Shown here in pieces: positions 18,718 to 29,532 of a stretch of 64,000 nt of DNA (positions are counted from its first letter, which is position 1; each line of letters begins with the position of its first letter). The position numbers and the translations under genes were made by a program. The stretch lies in assembly GCA_963769025.1 (NCBI GenBank), contig CAVYKI010000012.1, positions 537,151 to 601,150 of the forward strand, written 5' to 3'. The stretch comes from an uncultured Verrucomicrobiae bacterium (GTDB lineage: Bacteria > Verrucomicrobiota > Verrucomicrobiia > Chthoniobacterales > Chthoniobacteraceae). The notes beneath the pieces were generated by a model that ran no database searches, was not told where the DNA came from, and was given only the letters and a program-made list of their open reading frames with translations.

Positions 18718-21348
18718 CTATTTGAAGGTTGCCTTGCCGAAGGAGGCATCGCTGGGGATGCGGGAGGCGTTGAGCTTGCCGGTCCACACGGACAACTCGC
18801 GTTCGTCCGTCTTTTTCGCGGCATCGGTGAAGTGAACACGACCGACATTGAGATACCACAGGTCGCCCTTCTTCGGCGCTGCCGTGCGGAGGGTTTCAAA
18901 GGGGATCACTGCCATGGATTCCCAGCGGTTCTTGTCGGGCCACAGCTTGGTCTCGAAGGTCCATTTACCGTTCCAGCTTTCGTCGTTCCAGCCATAGCGG
19001 GGATGCAGAACATCGGTGATGAAACCGTGCTCGGCGTCATTGAAGGAGGTCGGTTCGGGTTCATAGGCAAAGTAGAAGTAGCGGCTGCGATCCCCGGAGG
19101 GTGACACATTCACGATGATGCTTTCCTGGAGCCATAACTCAGCATCGCGTCCCCGGGCCACGAACTTCATCTTAGCTGCTGGCTGCTCGCCACTGACACG
19201 CACATAGAGATGACTGTCGTCGCACAGCACGCGAAAGGTTGTCTGTGCTTGCAGGGCCGTTGCTGCGGCTTCCACGGGACCGAGGGTGTGCTCCTCGGCA
19301 CTCTTCCAGAGCGGCGAGTCCAGCGTCAATGGCCCGGACACTTTCGCGATCTCCAGCGACTTGCTTTGCTGCGAGAGCTGCGCGGGATTGGCCCGCATCG
19401 TCGCGGTGTCCCAGTTGAAGGGAGCACGGTCCATGTAAGTCTGGAGGTATTTCAACTCGTGTTCGTTCCTTTGAGGGAAGGCGGGGTTTTTCCATTTTGG
19501 ATACTTGCCGTCGCCGTTCACCACTGCGGCCACAAACTTGTTACGGGCATCCACGGCGTCCAGCACCTGGTTCAGCGACGCTGCGTTGTTCATGGCCTGG
19601 TGATTCCGATAGGCGTTGATTACCAGGACGGTGTGCCTGAGGAAATCGAACTCGTAACGGACAATGTCCAAGCGCGTTTTCACCTCGGGCAGTTGCGCGT
19701 TTTTTTCGGCCTGCGCTAAGTCCTCCTCCATGGCATTGATCAGGTCTGGAGTGTATAAGGTTCCAAGCGTGAAGATCGGATCGCGATCCACCTTGGAAGT
19801 GTATTCCCTGAGGACCTCCAGGAGCGCCACCCGTTTTTGAAAGCTAGTGAAAAAACGACGCATCTGGGCTTCTGATTCCCGGAACGCGGCCTGCAGGTAT
19901 TCGTTGAAAAGCTCGTCCGCACTCTTGGTGAAAGGATCAATGCCCAGCCGCAAATAGATATAGATGTTGGGACCTTCGAGCCCCCACTCGCTTGACCGCG
20001 GGACGCCATTGACCTGAACGACGTGGACGTTGTTAGTTACCAGCCGACGGTTCTGCTCGGCAATCTGGGCGACGGTCAGCCCCTTCAGGTGCAGGGCACC
20101 CCAGTTATAGAGATAGGCCGAAAATCCGCCGGGCACCTTGATGGATTTCCAAGCTTCGAACGATTTTTCGGACGAATCCATCATCTCAATGATCGTGTTC
20201 GGCGGAAACTCGTTGAAGGTCCGCGGTGGCGGAGCGGCCACCGAATAGGCTGACATCATGATTCGCTTTCCGGGGCGGTCCTTCAGCAGGCGCAGCGCCA
20301 TATCGCGGTGCATGATCCAGAGCTTCTCGCCCCAAATGTTATAGGCCGAGCCGTCCGTGGGGACAGAGTCCGGAGTGACCCCATAGAGTTCGGCACATTT
20401 CGAACATTGGCACGACTTGAATCCATCGGCCTGACCCAGCTCCACAATGTCAAAACCTTCGTCGCATCGTTCGAGAATGTGTTTGTAAATCAGTTCACGC
20501 ACGTCCGGATTGGAGAAACAGAGCTGCCCTGCACCATCCTTCATCGTCAATGCGGGCTGCCGCACGCCGCCGGACAGGATGAAGTATTCCGGGTGGTCCT
20601 TTCCGTATTTGCTGATCGGGACGGCCGATGGGTGCTGATGCCCATACCGGGACCAGATGCGCTGGAATCTACCGCAATGGTTGGCCGTATAAAAGAGGTC
20701 GCGGGATTTGCTAAAGTCGTGCTCGATGAAAAACGGAGAGCCCTTTGTATCCAATTTGCGGGGGATATGAATGATCGAGGTCGGAACAAACGCGGTTCCG
20801 TGGTTGTCCGGCGCTAGGAATCGCGCCCCCGCATAGCGGTAAACGAATTCCGCCATTCCGAACAACGTCCCTTCATAGGGGATGGTCGCATCGTCGCGCA
20901 TCGTGGGGCGTTTTCCCACGAGCGTGTCCGGCGCATCATTGCCCGCGATGATGATGTGGCGACCCACCGCCTTGTGGACATAACTCCATCCGCCAAGGGT
21001 CTTCGCGTCCACGCCATTGGCCGCTGCAAACTTGGTCGCGCCGAGGTGAAACGCGGGCCGCGCAGCATCCGCCTCCGACTCCTTCTTCACCTCCAGCTTG
21101 ATCCCATTGGCGCTGAACGCCGCCTGCAAAAGCTCCGCCGCCCGCCCCACCGAGGCCGCCGCCGCTTCGTTCGGCATCGGATCAGGAACAACAATCTGGT
21201 ATTTCGACTTCCCCCTGAACCCCAGGATCAAGTCCTCATCGTCAGAGGTGACGGTCTCGCTGTTCGCTTTGCTCTCCTTTGCAGGATCTTCAGCGGCGAG
21301 TGGCGATGCCAGCAAGAGGACGGTGATGAGTGTGAGGGCGTGTTTCAT
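18718..21348 (-). CDS. DUF4838 domain protein with C-terminal CBM9-like domain
   Basis: HPEYF...QLCFSNPDV, DG..SCQCSKC; C-terminal WESMAVIPF..L...W.LNVGR. Confidence 0.8.
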   Translation of the reverse strand: MKHALTLITVLLLASPLAAEDPAKESKANSETVTSDDEDLILGFRGKSKYQIVVPDPMPNEAAAASVGRAAELLQAAFSANGIKLEVKKESEADAARPAFHLGATKFAAANGVDAKTLGGWSYVHKAVGRHIIIAGNDAPDTLVGKRPTMRDDATIPYEGTLFGMAEFVYRYAGARFLAPDNHGTAFVPTSIIHIPRKLDTKGSPFFIEHDFSKSRDLFYTANHCGRFQRIWSRYGHQHPSAVPISKYGKDHPEYFILSGGVRQPALTMKDGAGQLCFSNPDVRELIYKHILERCDEGFDIVELGQADGFKSCQCSKCAELYGVTPDSVPTDGSAYNIWGEKLWIMHRDMALRLLKDRPGKRIMMSAYSVAAPPPRTFNEFPPNTIIEMMDSSEKSFEAWKSIKVPGGFSAYLYNWGALHLKGLTVAQIAEQNRRLVTNNVHVVQVNGVPRSSEWGLEGPNIYIYLRLGIDPFTKSADELFNEYLQAAFRESEAQMRRFFTSFQKRVALLEVLREYTSKVDRDPIFTLGTLYTPDLINAMEEDLAQAEKNAQLPEVKTRLDIVRYEFDFLRHTVLVINAYRNHQAMNNAASLNQVLDAVDARNKFVAAVVNGDGKYPKWKNPAFPQRNEHELKYLQTYMDRAPFNWDTATMRANPAQLSQQSKSLEIAKVSGPLTLDSPLWKSAEEHTLGPVEAAATALQAQTTFRVLCDDSHLYVRVSGEQPAAKMKFVARGRDAELWLQESIIVNVSPSGDRSRYFYFAYEPEPTSFNDAEHGFITDVLHPRYGWNDESWNGKWTFETKLWPDKNRWESMAVIPFETLRTAAPKKGDLWYLNVGRVHFTDAAKKTDERELSVWTGKLNASRIPSDASFGKATFK

Positions 21349-21454
21349 GATCTTGGGGAGAAAGGTCGGTCCTTTACGTGCTCCACTTCCACGTAGAGCG
21401 CACGCAGTTTCGGCGCGTCAAGCGCCACGGCGCAGATATGGAACGAAGCGAGTT

Positions 21455-22849
21455 TCATGGAATGAACTGAAACGAAAATAAGTCCGCAGCCTTCATCGCG
21501 AAACGCAGGCGCACCGGGTGAGAGGCGTGCTTGCTCAAGTCGGCGCCGCTTTTCCAGGTGACTGCGTGCTCGGTGAAGTCTCCGGTGATGGGCTGGCAGT
21601 CGGCGAGGGAGAATCCTGGCAATGCCTTGCCATCCGCGTCTTGAAGCTCCACGCGGGTTTCGCCGGGGCTGACGAGATTCAGCATGAGCTTCGATCCCGT
21701 GAAGGTCATCGGTTTGGTGATCACGGTGGCAGGGTCAGAGGCATGGAGTGCGACGAAGCCATCGAGGCGATAGGTGAATCGGCGCAAACGTCCCGGCACG
21801 GGACGGCGGTAGCCCTCGGTCGCATAGCAGGACAACTCGTCGGGCTTGCCTGGCAGCGAGAGCAGGCCCCAAGTCATGTAGTTGCTGCGGTTGCCACTGC
21901 GATCCTGCGGTGCGGTCTCGGGGATGATGGCGTCGTTGAAGCGGCGGAAGTTCAGTCCGTCGCGGCTGTTCATGAAGATGGGTTCAACGTGCTCACCTTT
22001 GGGGAAGAAACGCGTGGGAAATCCAATGAGAAGATGCGGCGCGCGGAAGTAGGGCTGGATGGCATTGGTGTAGAGATGCTCCTGCGGTGTGCTCTCGGGA
22101 TATTGGAGAAACTGCGGTGCCTCCCAGGTAATGAGGTCCTTCGAAGTGGACGTGCCAATGGCGCGCACGGGGGTGTTGGAGATGCGCCAGTAGGTGCGGT
22201 ATTCGCCGCGATGTGCGTCGAAAAAGACGAGGTTCTGTGAGTCGAAGGTGCCCTTGCCGGTGAAAGATTTTGGCGATGCGACTGCCCAGTGAATGCCATC
22301 CGCCGACTGGTGCAGCACCAACGCGCCGCCGACCGCCTTGTAGCGCGCTTCGGGCGGACAGGCGGGATTGCTGTCTTTGAAGACCGTGAAGTTGTGCGCG
22401 CCCTTGCCGACCCAGACGATGTTGTTGGCCTTGGAACCTTCGAACTCGTGGATGCCCAGCTCGGGCTTTCGCCAAGTGATGCCGTCTCTGCTCTCAGCGT
22501 AACAGGTTACTTGAGGCGCCAGCGTCCCTTTGGAATGCGGCACCTCATTCGAGCCGCGATAATACATGCGATACAAGTCACCATCCTGGAACACGGTGAA
22601 ATAGGCCGAGGTCTTCCCCTCCCAAGGCGCATCCGTAGTGAACACGACTTCATGAGGCTGCGGCCGCTGCACTTTCAAGGCAGCGCCGTCCATGCTGGCG
22701 ATAAGATAATCATCCACGAACAACTCGCGCCGCGACCCGATGTCAATGGTGGCGAGTGTCGTCGTCGCTTGTGCGAGAGCGAGGGGCGAATGTTTTGCGG
22801 CAATCATTGATGCCGTAACAGTGGCGATGAATTGGCGGCGGGTCTTCAT
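21455..22849 (-). CDS. Tat-exported beta-propeller glycoside-hydrolase-like protein
   Basis: TRRQF Tat motif, ELFVDDYLI, YAESRDGITW.KP, SADGIHW and RLDGFV. Confidence 0.7.
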   Translation of the reverse strand: MKTRRQFIATVTASMIAAKHSPLALAQATTTLATIDIGSRRELFVDDYLIASMDGAALKVQRPQPHEVVFTTDAPWEGKTSAYFTVFQDGDLYRMYYRGSNEVPHSKGTLAPQVTCYAESRDGITWRKPELGIHEFEGSKANNIVWVGKGAHNFTVFKDSNPACPPEARYKAVGGALVLHQSADGIHWAVASPKSFTGKGTFDSQNLVFFDAHRGEYRTYWRISNTPVRAIGTSTSKDLITWEAPQFLQYPESTPQEHLYTNAIQPYFRAPHLLIGFPTRFFPKGEHVEPIFMNSRDGLNFRRFNDAIIPETAPQDRSGNRSNYMTWGLLSLPGKPDELSCYATEGYRRPVPGRLRRFTYRLDGFVALHASDPATVITKPMTFTGSKLMLNLVSPGETRVELQDADGKALPGFSLADCQPITGDFTEHAVTWKSGADLSKHASHPVRLRFAMKAADLFSFQFIP

Positions 22850-22973
22850 AGTGGTGAGTATTCTATTCTTTGTTCAGGTCCGCAACGTCTGTGGTTGCAA
22901 GCCCATGCCTCGCGGGAGGTAGCGAAAAGACCTGCCGGAAGTTGAATGGCATGGTGAATCGGAGGCATTCTAG

Positions 22974-23119
22974 GGAACCGCTGATTTAATCAGCGGTTCG
23001 CATCTTCGCGTGATTTTCAGCTCTCCAAGATGGCGTAAGAAGGATTTTGAATTCGGAGGAAGTTTTTGATGGTCGAAGCCGGGTTGAATTTTCTGGATGT
23101 CGATTAAATCAGCGGTTCC
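22974..23119. mobile_element. MITE-like element (146 bp) with 18-bp perfect terminal inverted repeats
   Basis: GGAACCGCTGATTTAATC at 22974-22991 and its reverse complement at 23102-23119; flanks CTAG and TTAG; no ORF. Confidence 0.75.
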
Positions 23120-23465
23120 TTAGCGATTTTGCTTCGCAAGACTGGCCACTTCGGCGGCCTTGCGCGTGCGCGCGTCGGTGATCCATTCGAGGGCACGGGC
23201 AAGATTGGCCTCGGCCTGCTTGGTGTCCTTGGTGATGCCGTAGGCGTGGCCTCTCGCAAAATAGCCGTCGCCGCCTTCAATCTCATGTATTTCGTCGGCG
23301 CGCTGATTTGCCTCGCCGAGACCGGGCGAGCGGAGCCCGCATCGGGGCCGCCGCGAGGGAATGAGTCGTGAAGCGGCGCGCGCCCTGCGGCCTGAGTTTC
23401 ATTAACGCGACCTGGAGCACGCGCTGCCGCAGCAGGGAGGAAAAGGAGGGAATGGCCGCGGAGAC

Positions 23466-23495
23466 GGAATAAACGTCAGCGCCGTTCGCTCATTT
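23466..23495 (+). promoter_or_regulatory. ECF-type promoter motif, copy 7
   Basis: GGAATAAA-N15-CTCATTT, 9 nt before the ATG at 23505. Confidence 0.8.
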
Positions 23496-23504
23496 CTACA
23501 CTGC

Positions 23505-24657
23505 ATGAAAACCGAAACTGCCGTCAAAGAACGTTACAGCGCCGCGGCCAAAGCGCCGGAAGCCGCGCTTTGCTGCCCGGTCGAATACGACACCCGCTAT
23601 CTCAAAATCATCCCGCCCGAAGTCATCGAGAAGGACTACGGCTGCGGCGATCCTTCGCGCTGGGTGCAGCCAGGCGAGACCGTGCTCGACCTCGGCTCGG
23701 GCACGGGAAAAATCTGTTTCATCGCCGCGCAGGTCGTCGGAGCGAAGGGCAGGGTCATCGGCGTGGATATGACGGACGACATGCTCGAAGTCGCGCGCCG
23801 CAACGCGCCCATCGTCGCCGAGCGCATCGGCTACGCGAACGTCGAGTTTCGCAAGGGCCGCATCCAGGACCTCGCGCTCGATCTGGAAATGCTCGATGCG
23901 GAATTGAAGAAGCGGCCCATCACGGATGCCGCGTCATTTCTCGCCGCCGATGAACTCGCCGACGAACTGCGCGTGCAGCCGTCCGCTCGTCGCGAGCGAA
24001 TCGCGTCGATGTCGTCGTCTCGAATTGCGTGCTCAATCTCGTCGAGCCGCGCGCGAAGCGGCAGCTCTTCGAGGAGATTTTCCGCGTGCTGAAAAAAGGC
24101 GGACGCGCCGTCATTTCCGACATCGTGGCCGACGAGGAAGTGCCCGACGCGATGCAGCAAGACCCGACGCTCTGGAGCGGCTGCATCTCCGGCGCGCTGA
24201 CGGAGGAAGGCTTTCTTGCAAGCGTTCGCCGACGCGGGCTTTTACGGCATCGAGCTGCTCAAGCGCGACACGCAGCCGTGGCAGACCGTCGAGGGCATCG
24301 AGTTCCGCTCCGTCACGGTGCAGGCGTTCAAGGGCAAACAAGGCGCGTGTTTCGAGCGCAACCAGGCGGTGATTTACCTCGGCCCGTTCCGCGAAGTGCT
24401 CGACGACGACGGCCATCGCATGGAACGCGGCGTCCGCTACGCCGTCTGCGACAAGACCTACCAGCTCTACCGCAAGGCGCCCTACGCGCGAGTTCTTCGA
24501 GTTCATCGAACCGCTCACCGAAGTGCCGCTGGAAAACGCCGCGCCCTTCGCCTGCGAGCGCACGACGCCGCCGCCACCCGCGCGAAACCAAGGGCCTCGA
24601 ATACCGACGCCACCACCGCCGCCTCGCAGTGCTGCGATGGCGGGAAGCTGCTGCTAA
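23505..24657 (+). CDS. ArsM-like SAM-dependent methyltransferase, frameshifted
   Basis: ALCCP, YGCGDP, VLDLGSGTG, SNCVLNL, LWSGCISGAL and a Cys-pair tail. Confidence 0.8.
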
Positions 24658-24677
24658 TATCACGCCTCACTTTCACC

Positions 24678-25134
24678 ATGCAAAACCAAGACAAACTGCA
24701 ACTGCTCGCCCTCGATCTCACCAAAGCCTTTCCGCGCAGCCCGCGGGAGACGCTCGCCGGCTACGTCATCGCCGGACGCACGCTCGACAAATGCCGCGCC
24801 GTCGTCGCCGGCACGAACGGCGAGTATCACTACGACTGCCCGCTGGACCGCCAGTTCCTCGGCTTCACCGGCATCGAGGCCGGCGCGTTCAAGGAATTCG
24901 TCGCGACCGGCGCCACCGATGCGGAGGTCGCCGACTGGATCACCGCGCACTCGAAGGTGAAGGACCGCGCGGAAATCGTGCAATGGAACAACAAGCTGCG
25001 CGCACATGCGCCCGTGCGACATGTCGCTGGAGTTGCAGCTTTTCCTCGAAGACTACATCCCGCAGTTCATCCGCAAGAACCGCCCGGTGTATGTCTGGTT
25101 CGATGTCTATGACATCGAGGAACAGCGCATCTGA
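24678..25134 (+). CDS. DUF5069 domain protein, frameshift near 25000
   Basis: PRSPRETLAGY..AGRTLDKCRA...GEYHYDCPLD..FL.F.GI. Confidence 0.8.
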
Positions 25135-25151
25135 TCGGCCAGATTCTTCCC

Positions 25152-26271
25152 ATGCTCGTCACCCTGCTCTTCATCGCCGTCTGTTTCCTCGCGTTCGCAA
25201 ACGGCGCGAACGACAACTTCAAAGGCGTCGCGAGCCTGTATGGCAGCGGGACGTGCGGCTATCGGAAGGCGCTCGCCTGGGCCACGGTGACGACGCTCGC
25301 GGGCAGCGTGGCTGCGCTCTTTCTCGCGCAGGCGTTGCTGGCGAAATTCAGCGGCAAAGGGCTGGTGTCCGCGAGCCTCGTGGCGTCGCCGCATTTCCTC
25401 CTCGCCGTCGCGCTCGGCGCGGGCGGCACGGTGCTGCTGGCCGCGCGGTTCGGCTTTCCGATTTCGACCACGCACGGACTTACCGGAGCGCTCGTCGGCG
25501 CCGGACTCGCCGCGGGCGGGGCGGTGAACTTCGGGCAGTTGGGCAGCGCCTTCGTCCTGCCGCTCGTGCTCAGTCCGCTGCTCGCCGTCGTGCGTGGGCG
25601 CGGTGGTGTATCTCGGCTTTCGATTCGCGCGGCTGCGGCTCGGCGTCACGAAGGAAATGTGCGTCTGCGCGGGCGTGGAAGAGCAGGTCATCGCGCTCCC
25701 GCAGCCCGGCGGGATTTTCGCCGCGCAAATGCTGCCGACGCTCTCGATCGCCGTGGACAATCCCGCAGCCTGCGCCCAGCGCTACGCGGGCCGCGTGCTC
25801 GGCGTGAACGCGCGCAGCTTGCTCGACTCGCTGCATTTTCTCAGCGCCGGTGCGGTCAGCTTTGCGCGCGGGCTGAATGACACGCCGAAGATTGCCGCGC
25901 TGCTGCTCGTCGCCGCCGCGCTCGATTTGCGCTGGGGCCTGCTCGCCGTCGCGGTGGCGATGGCGCTCGGCGGCATCCTCGGGGCACGCCGCGTCGCGGA
26001 AACGATGAGCCACAAGCTCACGGAGATGAACCCCGGCCAGGGCTTCGCCGCGAATCTTTCCACCGCGCTGCTCGTCACCACCGCGAGCTTCCACGGCCTG
26101 CCGGTGAGCACCACGCACGTCAGCGTCGGCGCGCTGCTCGGCATGGGCGCCGTCACCGGGCAGGCGCACTGGCGTCCCGTGCTCGGCGTGCTCGCCTCGT
26201 GGGTCGTCACGCTGCCGTGCGCTGCGCTCCTCGCGGCGCTCGCGGGCTGGCTGGTGCGCTCGATTTCCTGA
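25152..26271 (+). CDS. PiT family inorganic phosphate transporter, frameshift near 25594
   Basis: ANGANDN, FPISTTH, RGLNDTPK and LPVSTTH. Confidence 0.88.
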
Positions 26272-26275
26272 ACCT

Positions 26276-27261
26276 ATGAATCGCTTCGACGAAAAACTCT
26301 CCGCCCACGGCCTGAGCGCTCATGCGCTCGCGCTTGCAGACGCTGCAGATCAACGTGGGCCGCAAATGCAACCAGACCTGCCGCCACTGCCACGTGGATG
26401 CCGGGCCGTGGCGCACGGAGATGATGGATGAGCCGACCGCGCATCGCATCGGCGCATGGATTCGCGAGCATCGCCCGCCCGATCGTGGACATCACCGGCG
26501 GCGCACCGGAGCTGAGCGAGTTCTTTCGTTACTTCGTCGAGACGGCGCGCGCGTGCGGCGCGCATGTCATCGACCGCAACAACCTCACGATCATCGAAGA
26601 GCGCGAACTTCGCGCTGGCTGCCGGAGTATCTCGCGGAGCACGAGGTCGAGGTCGATCGCTTCGCTGCCCTGCTACTCCGCGGAGAATGTGAACGCAGCA
26701 GCGCGGCGACGGCGTGTTCGACAAAAGCATCTCCGCGCTCTGAAGAAGCTGAACGCCGTCGGCTACGGCACGCGACTGCCGCTGAACCTCGTTTACAATC
26801 CGCTCGGCGCGACGCTGCCCGGCCCGCAGGCGGAACTGGAGGCCGATTACAAGGAAGCGCTGCAGCGCGATTTCGGCATCGTCTTCAACCGACTTTTCAC
26901 GATCACGAACCAGCCCATCGCCCGCTTCGCCGAAGATCTGCGCGCGCAAGGCAAGTGGGACGAATACCTCGAACTGCTCGTCGAACGCCTTCAATCCCGC
27001 GACCGTCGAAGGACTGATGTGCCGCTCCACGCTGAGCGTCGGCTAGCGCGGCGAAGCTCTTCGACTGCGACTTCAACCAGATGCTCGGGATGCAATTGCG
27101 CAATGGCACGCCGCTGTTCCTGTGGGATGTGACGCCGGAATACCTCGACGGCCGGCACCATCGGCACCGGCGATCCATTGCCTCGCCTGCACCGCGGCTG
27201 CGGGAGCAGTTGCACCGGGGAGACGATCGACGCCATGCAGGCGGTCGCTGCTGCGGGATGA
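26276..27261 (+). CDS. arsS: Arsenosugar biosynthesis radical SAM protein (TIGR04167 type), frameshifted
   Basis: LQINVGRKCNQTCRHCHVDAGP, DITGGAPEL, SLPCY, LNLVYNP, DCDFNQ and C-terminal HC.ACTA..GSSC.G. Confidence 0.9.
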
Positions 27262-27294
27262 GTGTCTCGCGCGATGTTCACGGGGGGCGGGCAT

Positions 27295-28149
27295 CTATGA
27301 ACGCCGAGACGGACACAGCCAGCCCAACTCCATCCAAGTGGCGAACCAATCGCGGACTTTCGCGGCGGCTTCCTCGTCGCCGGTGTGCGATTTGGCGAAG
27401 GCGGACGCGCACGCGCCTTCGAGCGAGGCTCCGGCATTGAGCGCGGTGAGCAGCGGAACGCTTCGGGGTCGAGGCGCTTGTAATAAGACGGAGAGATTGA
27501 CGCGATGGACGGCGAGGTGGATCGGCGTGCGGCTCGGGCGCGCGGCGATGCGCGGGCCGGCGGCGCGTGACGTGGCGGCGACGGCGTTGCTGAACGTGCC
27601 GGTTTCGATCGTGGCTGTCCTTGAGCTTGCGCAGCAGTTCGTCGACCGGATGCGCGAGTTCGAGCAGCGTGAGGTAGGGCTGGAGGCCGAGGCGCAGCTG
27701 GTCCGCGGGGTTTGCGGCGAGCCTCGCCGGGTCGAGCGGCGGCCGCTCCGGCTCGTCGAAGGCGATGACGCGCGCCCATTCGACGCGCGCCATGTCGAGG
27801 GCGAGGGCGCGTGCGGCGCGGTGAGTTCGGGATGCGCGTTCGGAGGAAAGCCGGCAGAGCTGGCCCGAGGTCGCGCAGCGTCCACGACGTCGATCCGCAC
27901 GCTCTCGAGATACGCGACCGCGAGCCGGTCGAACTTCCGCTCGCCGAGCACGGCGCGCAGCCCGCGGAAGTCCTCGCCGAAACGAGCCGAGCAGCCGCCA
28001 CCAGTACTGCTGGTTGTAGATCTGGAGCCGCTCGAAGGACGTGAGCCGGTCGTTCGGCTTGATGAACCGCGCCGCCACGTCCGCGGCGGGCGAGCCGTCT
28101 TTCCAGCGTCGGCTGCATGCCGTCGTCCGGCAGCGAGCGGGCGCATCAC
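27295..28149 (-). CDS. bufC: DUF2063 MNIO partner protein (BufC/HvfC-like), frameshifted
   Basis: [29 protein letters not shown] and DMARVEWA; coupled to the DUF692 gene. Confidence 0.82.
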   Translation of the reverse strand: MMRPLAAGRRHAADAGKTARPPRTWRRGSSSRTTGSRPSSGSRSTTSSTGGGCSARFGEDFRGLRAVLGERKFDRLAVAYLESVRIDVVDAARPRASSAGFPPNAHPELTAPHAPSPSTWRASNGRASSPSTSRSGRRSTRRGSPQTPRTSCASASSPTSRCSNSRIRSTNCCASSRTATIETGTFSNAVAATSRAAGPRIAARPSRTPIHLAVHRVNLSVLLQAPRPRSVPLLTALNAGASLEGACASAFAKSHTGDEEAAAKVRDWFATWMELGWLCPSRRS

Positions 28150-29057
28150 GGCGGCGGGCCATCAGCCGCTGGACTTCCGGCCGAGGCGATCGCGCGCGTT
28201 ACGCGGCGAGCGTCGCTGGCATCGGGCAGAAATCGGTTGGCCTTGAGCGCCTCGCGATGCACTTCGTCGAAGCTCGGGAATGCGGTCGTCCCATTCGAGC
28301 AGCGTGGCGGTGCGGCCGCAGCGCTGCGATGGCGTGCGCGTAGAGCTTCCACACGGGATCGAGCACCGGATGATCGTGCGTATCGAGGATGTAGCGCTCG
28401 AACTTCGTGTGGCCGGCGATGTGGATCTGCGCGACGCGCTCGCGCGGGCACGGCGTCGAGGTAGTCGTACGGATCGAAGCCGTGGTTCTTCGAGGAGACG
28501 TAGATGTTGTTCACGTCGAGCAGGATTCCGCAGTCGGCGCGCTCGACGACTTCGCTGAGGAATTCCCACTCGGTCATCTCGCGAGACGTGGAACTCCGCG
28601 TAGCTGCTCACGTTCTCCACCGCGACGGGGACTCCGAGAAAGTCCTGCACCTCGCGGATGTTGCGCGCGGTGCGCTTCGACCGCCTCCCACGTGTAGGGC
28701 ATCGGCAGCAGGTCGTGCGTGTAGCGGCCGTCGACGCTGCCCCAGCAGAGGTGGTCGGAGAGCCACGGCGTCTTCGTGCGCTTGGTCGAGCGCCTTGAGC
28801 TTGCTGCAGATGGTCGCGGTTCGGCCGCGCGGCGTTGCCGAAGTACATCGAGACGCCGTGCTGCACGACGCGGTACTGCTCGAGGATCTGGTCGAGCACG
28901 TGCGAGCGGGCGGCCCGCCATCGACCATGTAGTTTTCCGAGATGATCTCGAACCAATCGACGACCGGCTTCTTCTCGAGGATGTGCTGGTAGTGCGGGAT
29001 GCGCAGGCCGATGCCGATGCCGTAGTCGGTGAAGCCGTTGAAGCGGGTGGCGGGCAT
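28146..29057 (-). CDS. bufB: DUF692 multinuclear non-heme iron oxidase (MNIO, BufB-like), frameshifted
   Basis: [52 protein letters not shown] and LLEWD motifs. Confidence 0.92.
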
Positions 29058-29163
29058 GGGGAAAATGCGATGGCGACTGCGATTGGGCGCACGGCGATCA
29101 CCGATCGTGACTCGCGAGCGGGCTCCGGCGCGATGCGGAGCCAGAGCCTCGATCGGGGTCTGG

Positions 29164-29475
29164 TTACTTACAGCGTCGTGTGCGACCGGCTTGCCGTCCT
29201 TCACGGCGCAGCCGCCCTTGCCTTTGCAGGAGTTCTTGCCGGCGCAGCCGTTGTCGCCGCGTCTTGCAGCCGCCCTTGCCCTTGCAGGAGTTCTTGCCTT
29301 TGCAGTCGTGGGTTTCGCCTTTCTTTTCGTCGGCGAGGACGCCGGCCTGCTGGCTGTCGGCATTCTTCTTGAACGCCGTGCCGTTATTCGAGGCGGCATT
29401 GGCTTTGGCGGTAAAGCCGCCCATGAGGATGCCCGCGAGCGCAGCGCCAGCGAGCAGAGTCTTCGTGTTTTTCAT
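29164..29475 (-). CDS. Exported Cys-rich RiPP precursor (bufferin BufA2-like), one or two indels
   Basis: Signal peptide and two repeats, [13 protein letters not shown] and [13 protein letters not shown], directly upstream of DUF692. Confidence 0.85.
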   Translation of the reverse strand: MKNTKTLLAGAALAGILMGGFTAKANAASNNGTAFKKNADSQQAGVLADEKKGETHDCKGKNSCKGKGGCKTRRQRLRRQELLQRQGRLRREGRQAGRTRRCK

Positions 29476-29532
29476 TTGGTGTTGTGTACTTTGGTTTTGG
29501 TTTTAAACGACGCGGAATGCGGCGTTCGGGCG

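Noticed and set aside
27044..27046. In-frame TAG in arsS as possible stop-codon recoding
   Set aside because: It falls where Trp (TGG) fits, in an error-rich stretch, and other genes here use TAG as a normal stop
27170..27261. Selenocysteine in the ArsS Cys-rich tail
   Set aside because: The Cys positions use TGC codons, and the only TGA is the terminal stop after the motif
29200..29305. Tandem nucleotide repeat as a possible CRISPR
   Set aside because: It is the coding duplication of the precursor Cys motif; only two units and no cas genes
23505..29475. Dense frameshifts suggesting mass pseudogenisation or programmed frameshifting (also 15-16 kb and 50.7-58.5 kb)
   Set aside because: Single-base indels are scattered through unrelated genes whose motifs are otherwise intact, which fits uncorrected long-read error; reads are needed to decide
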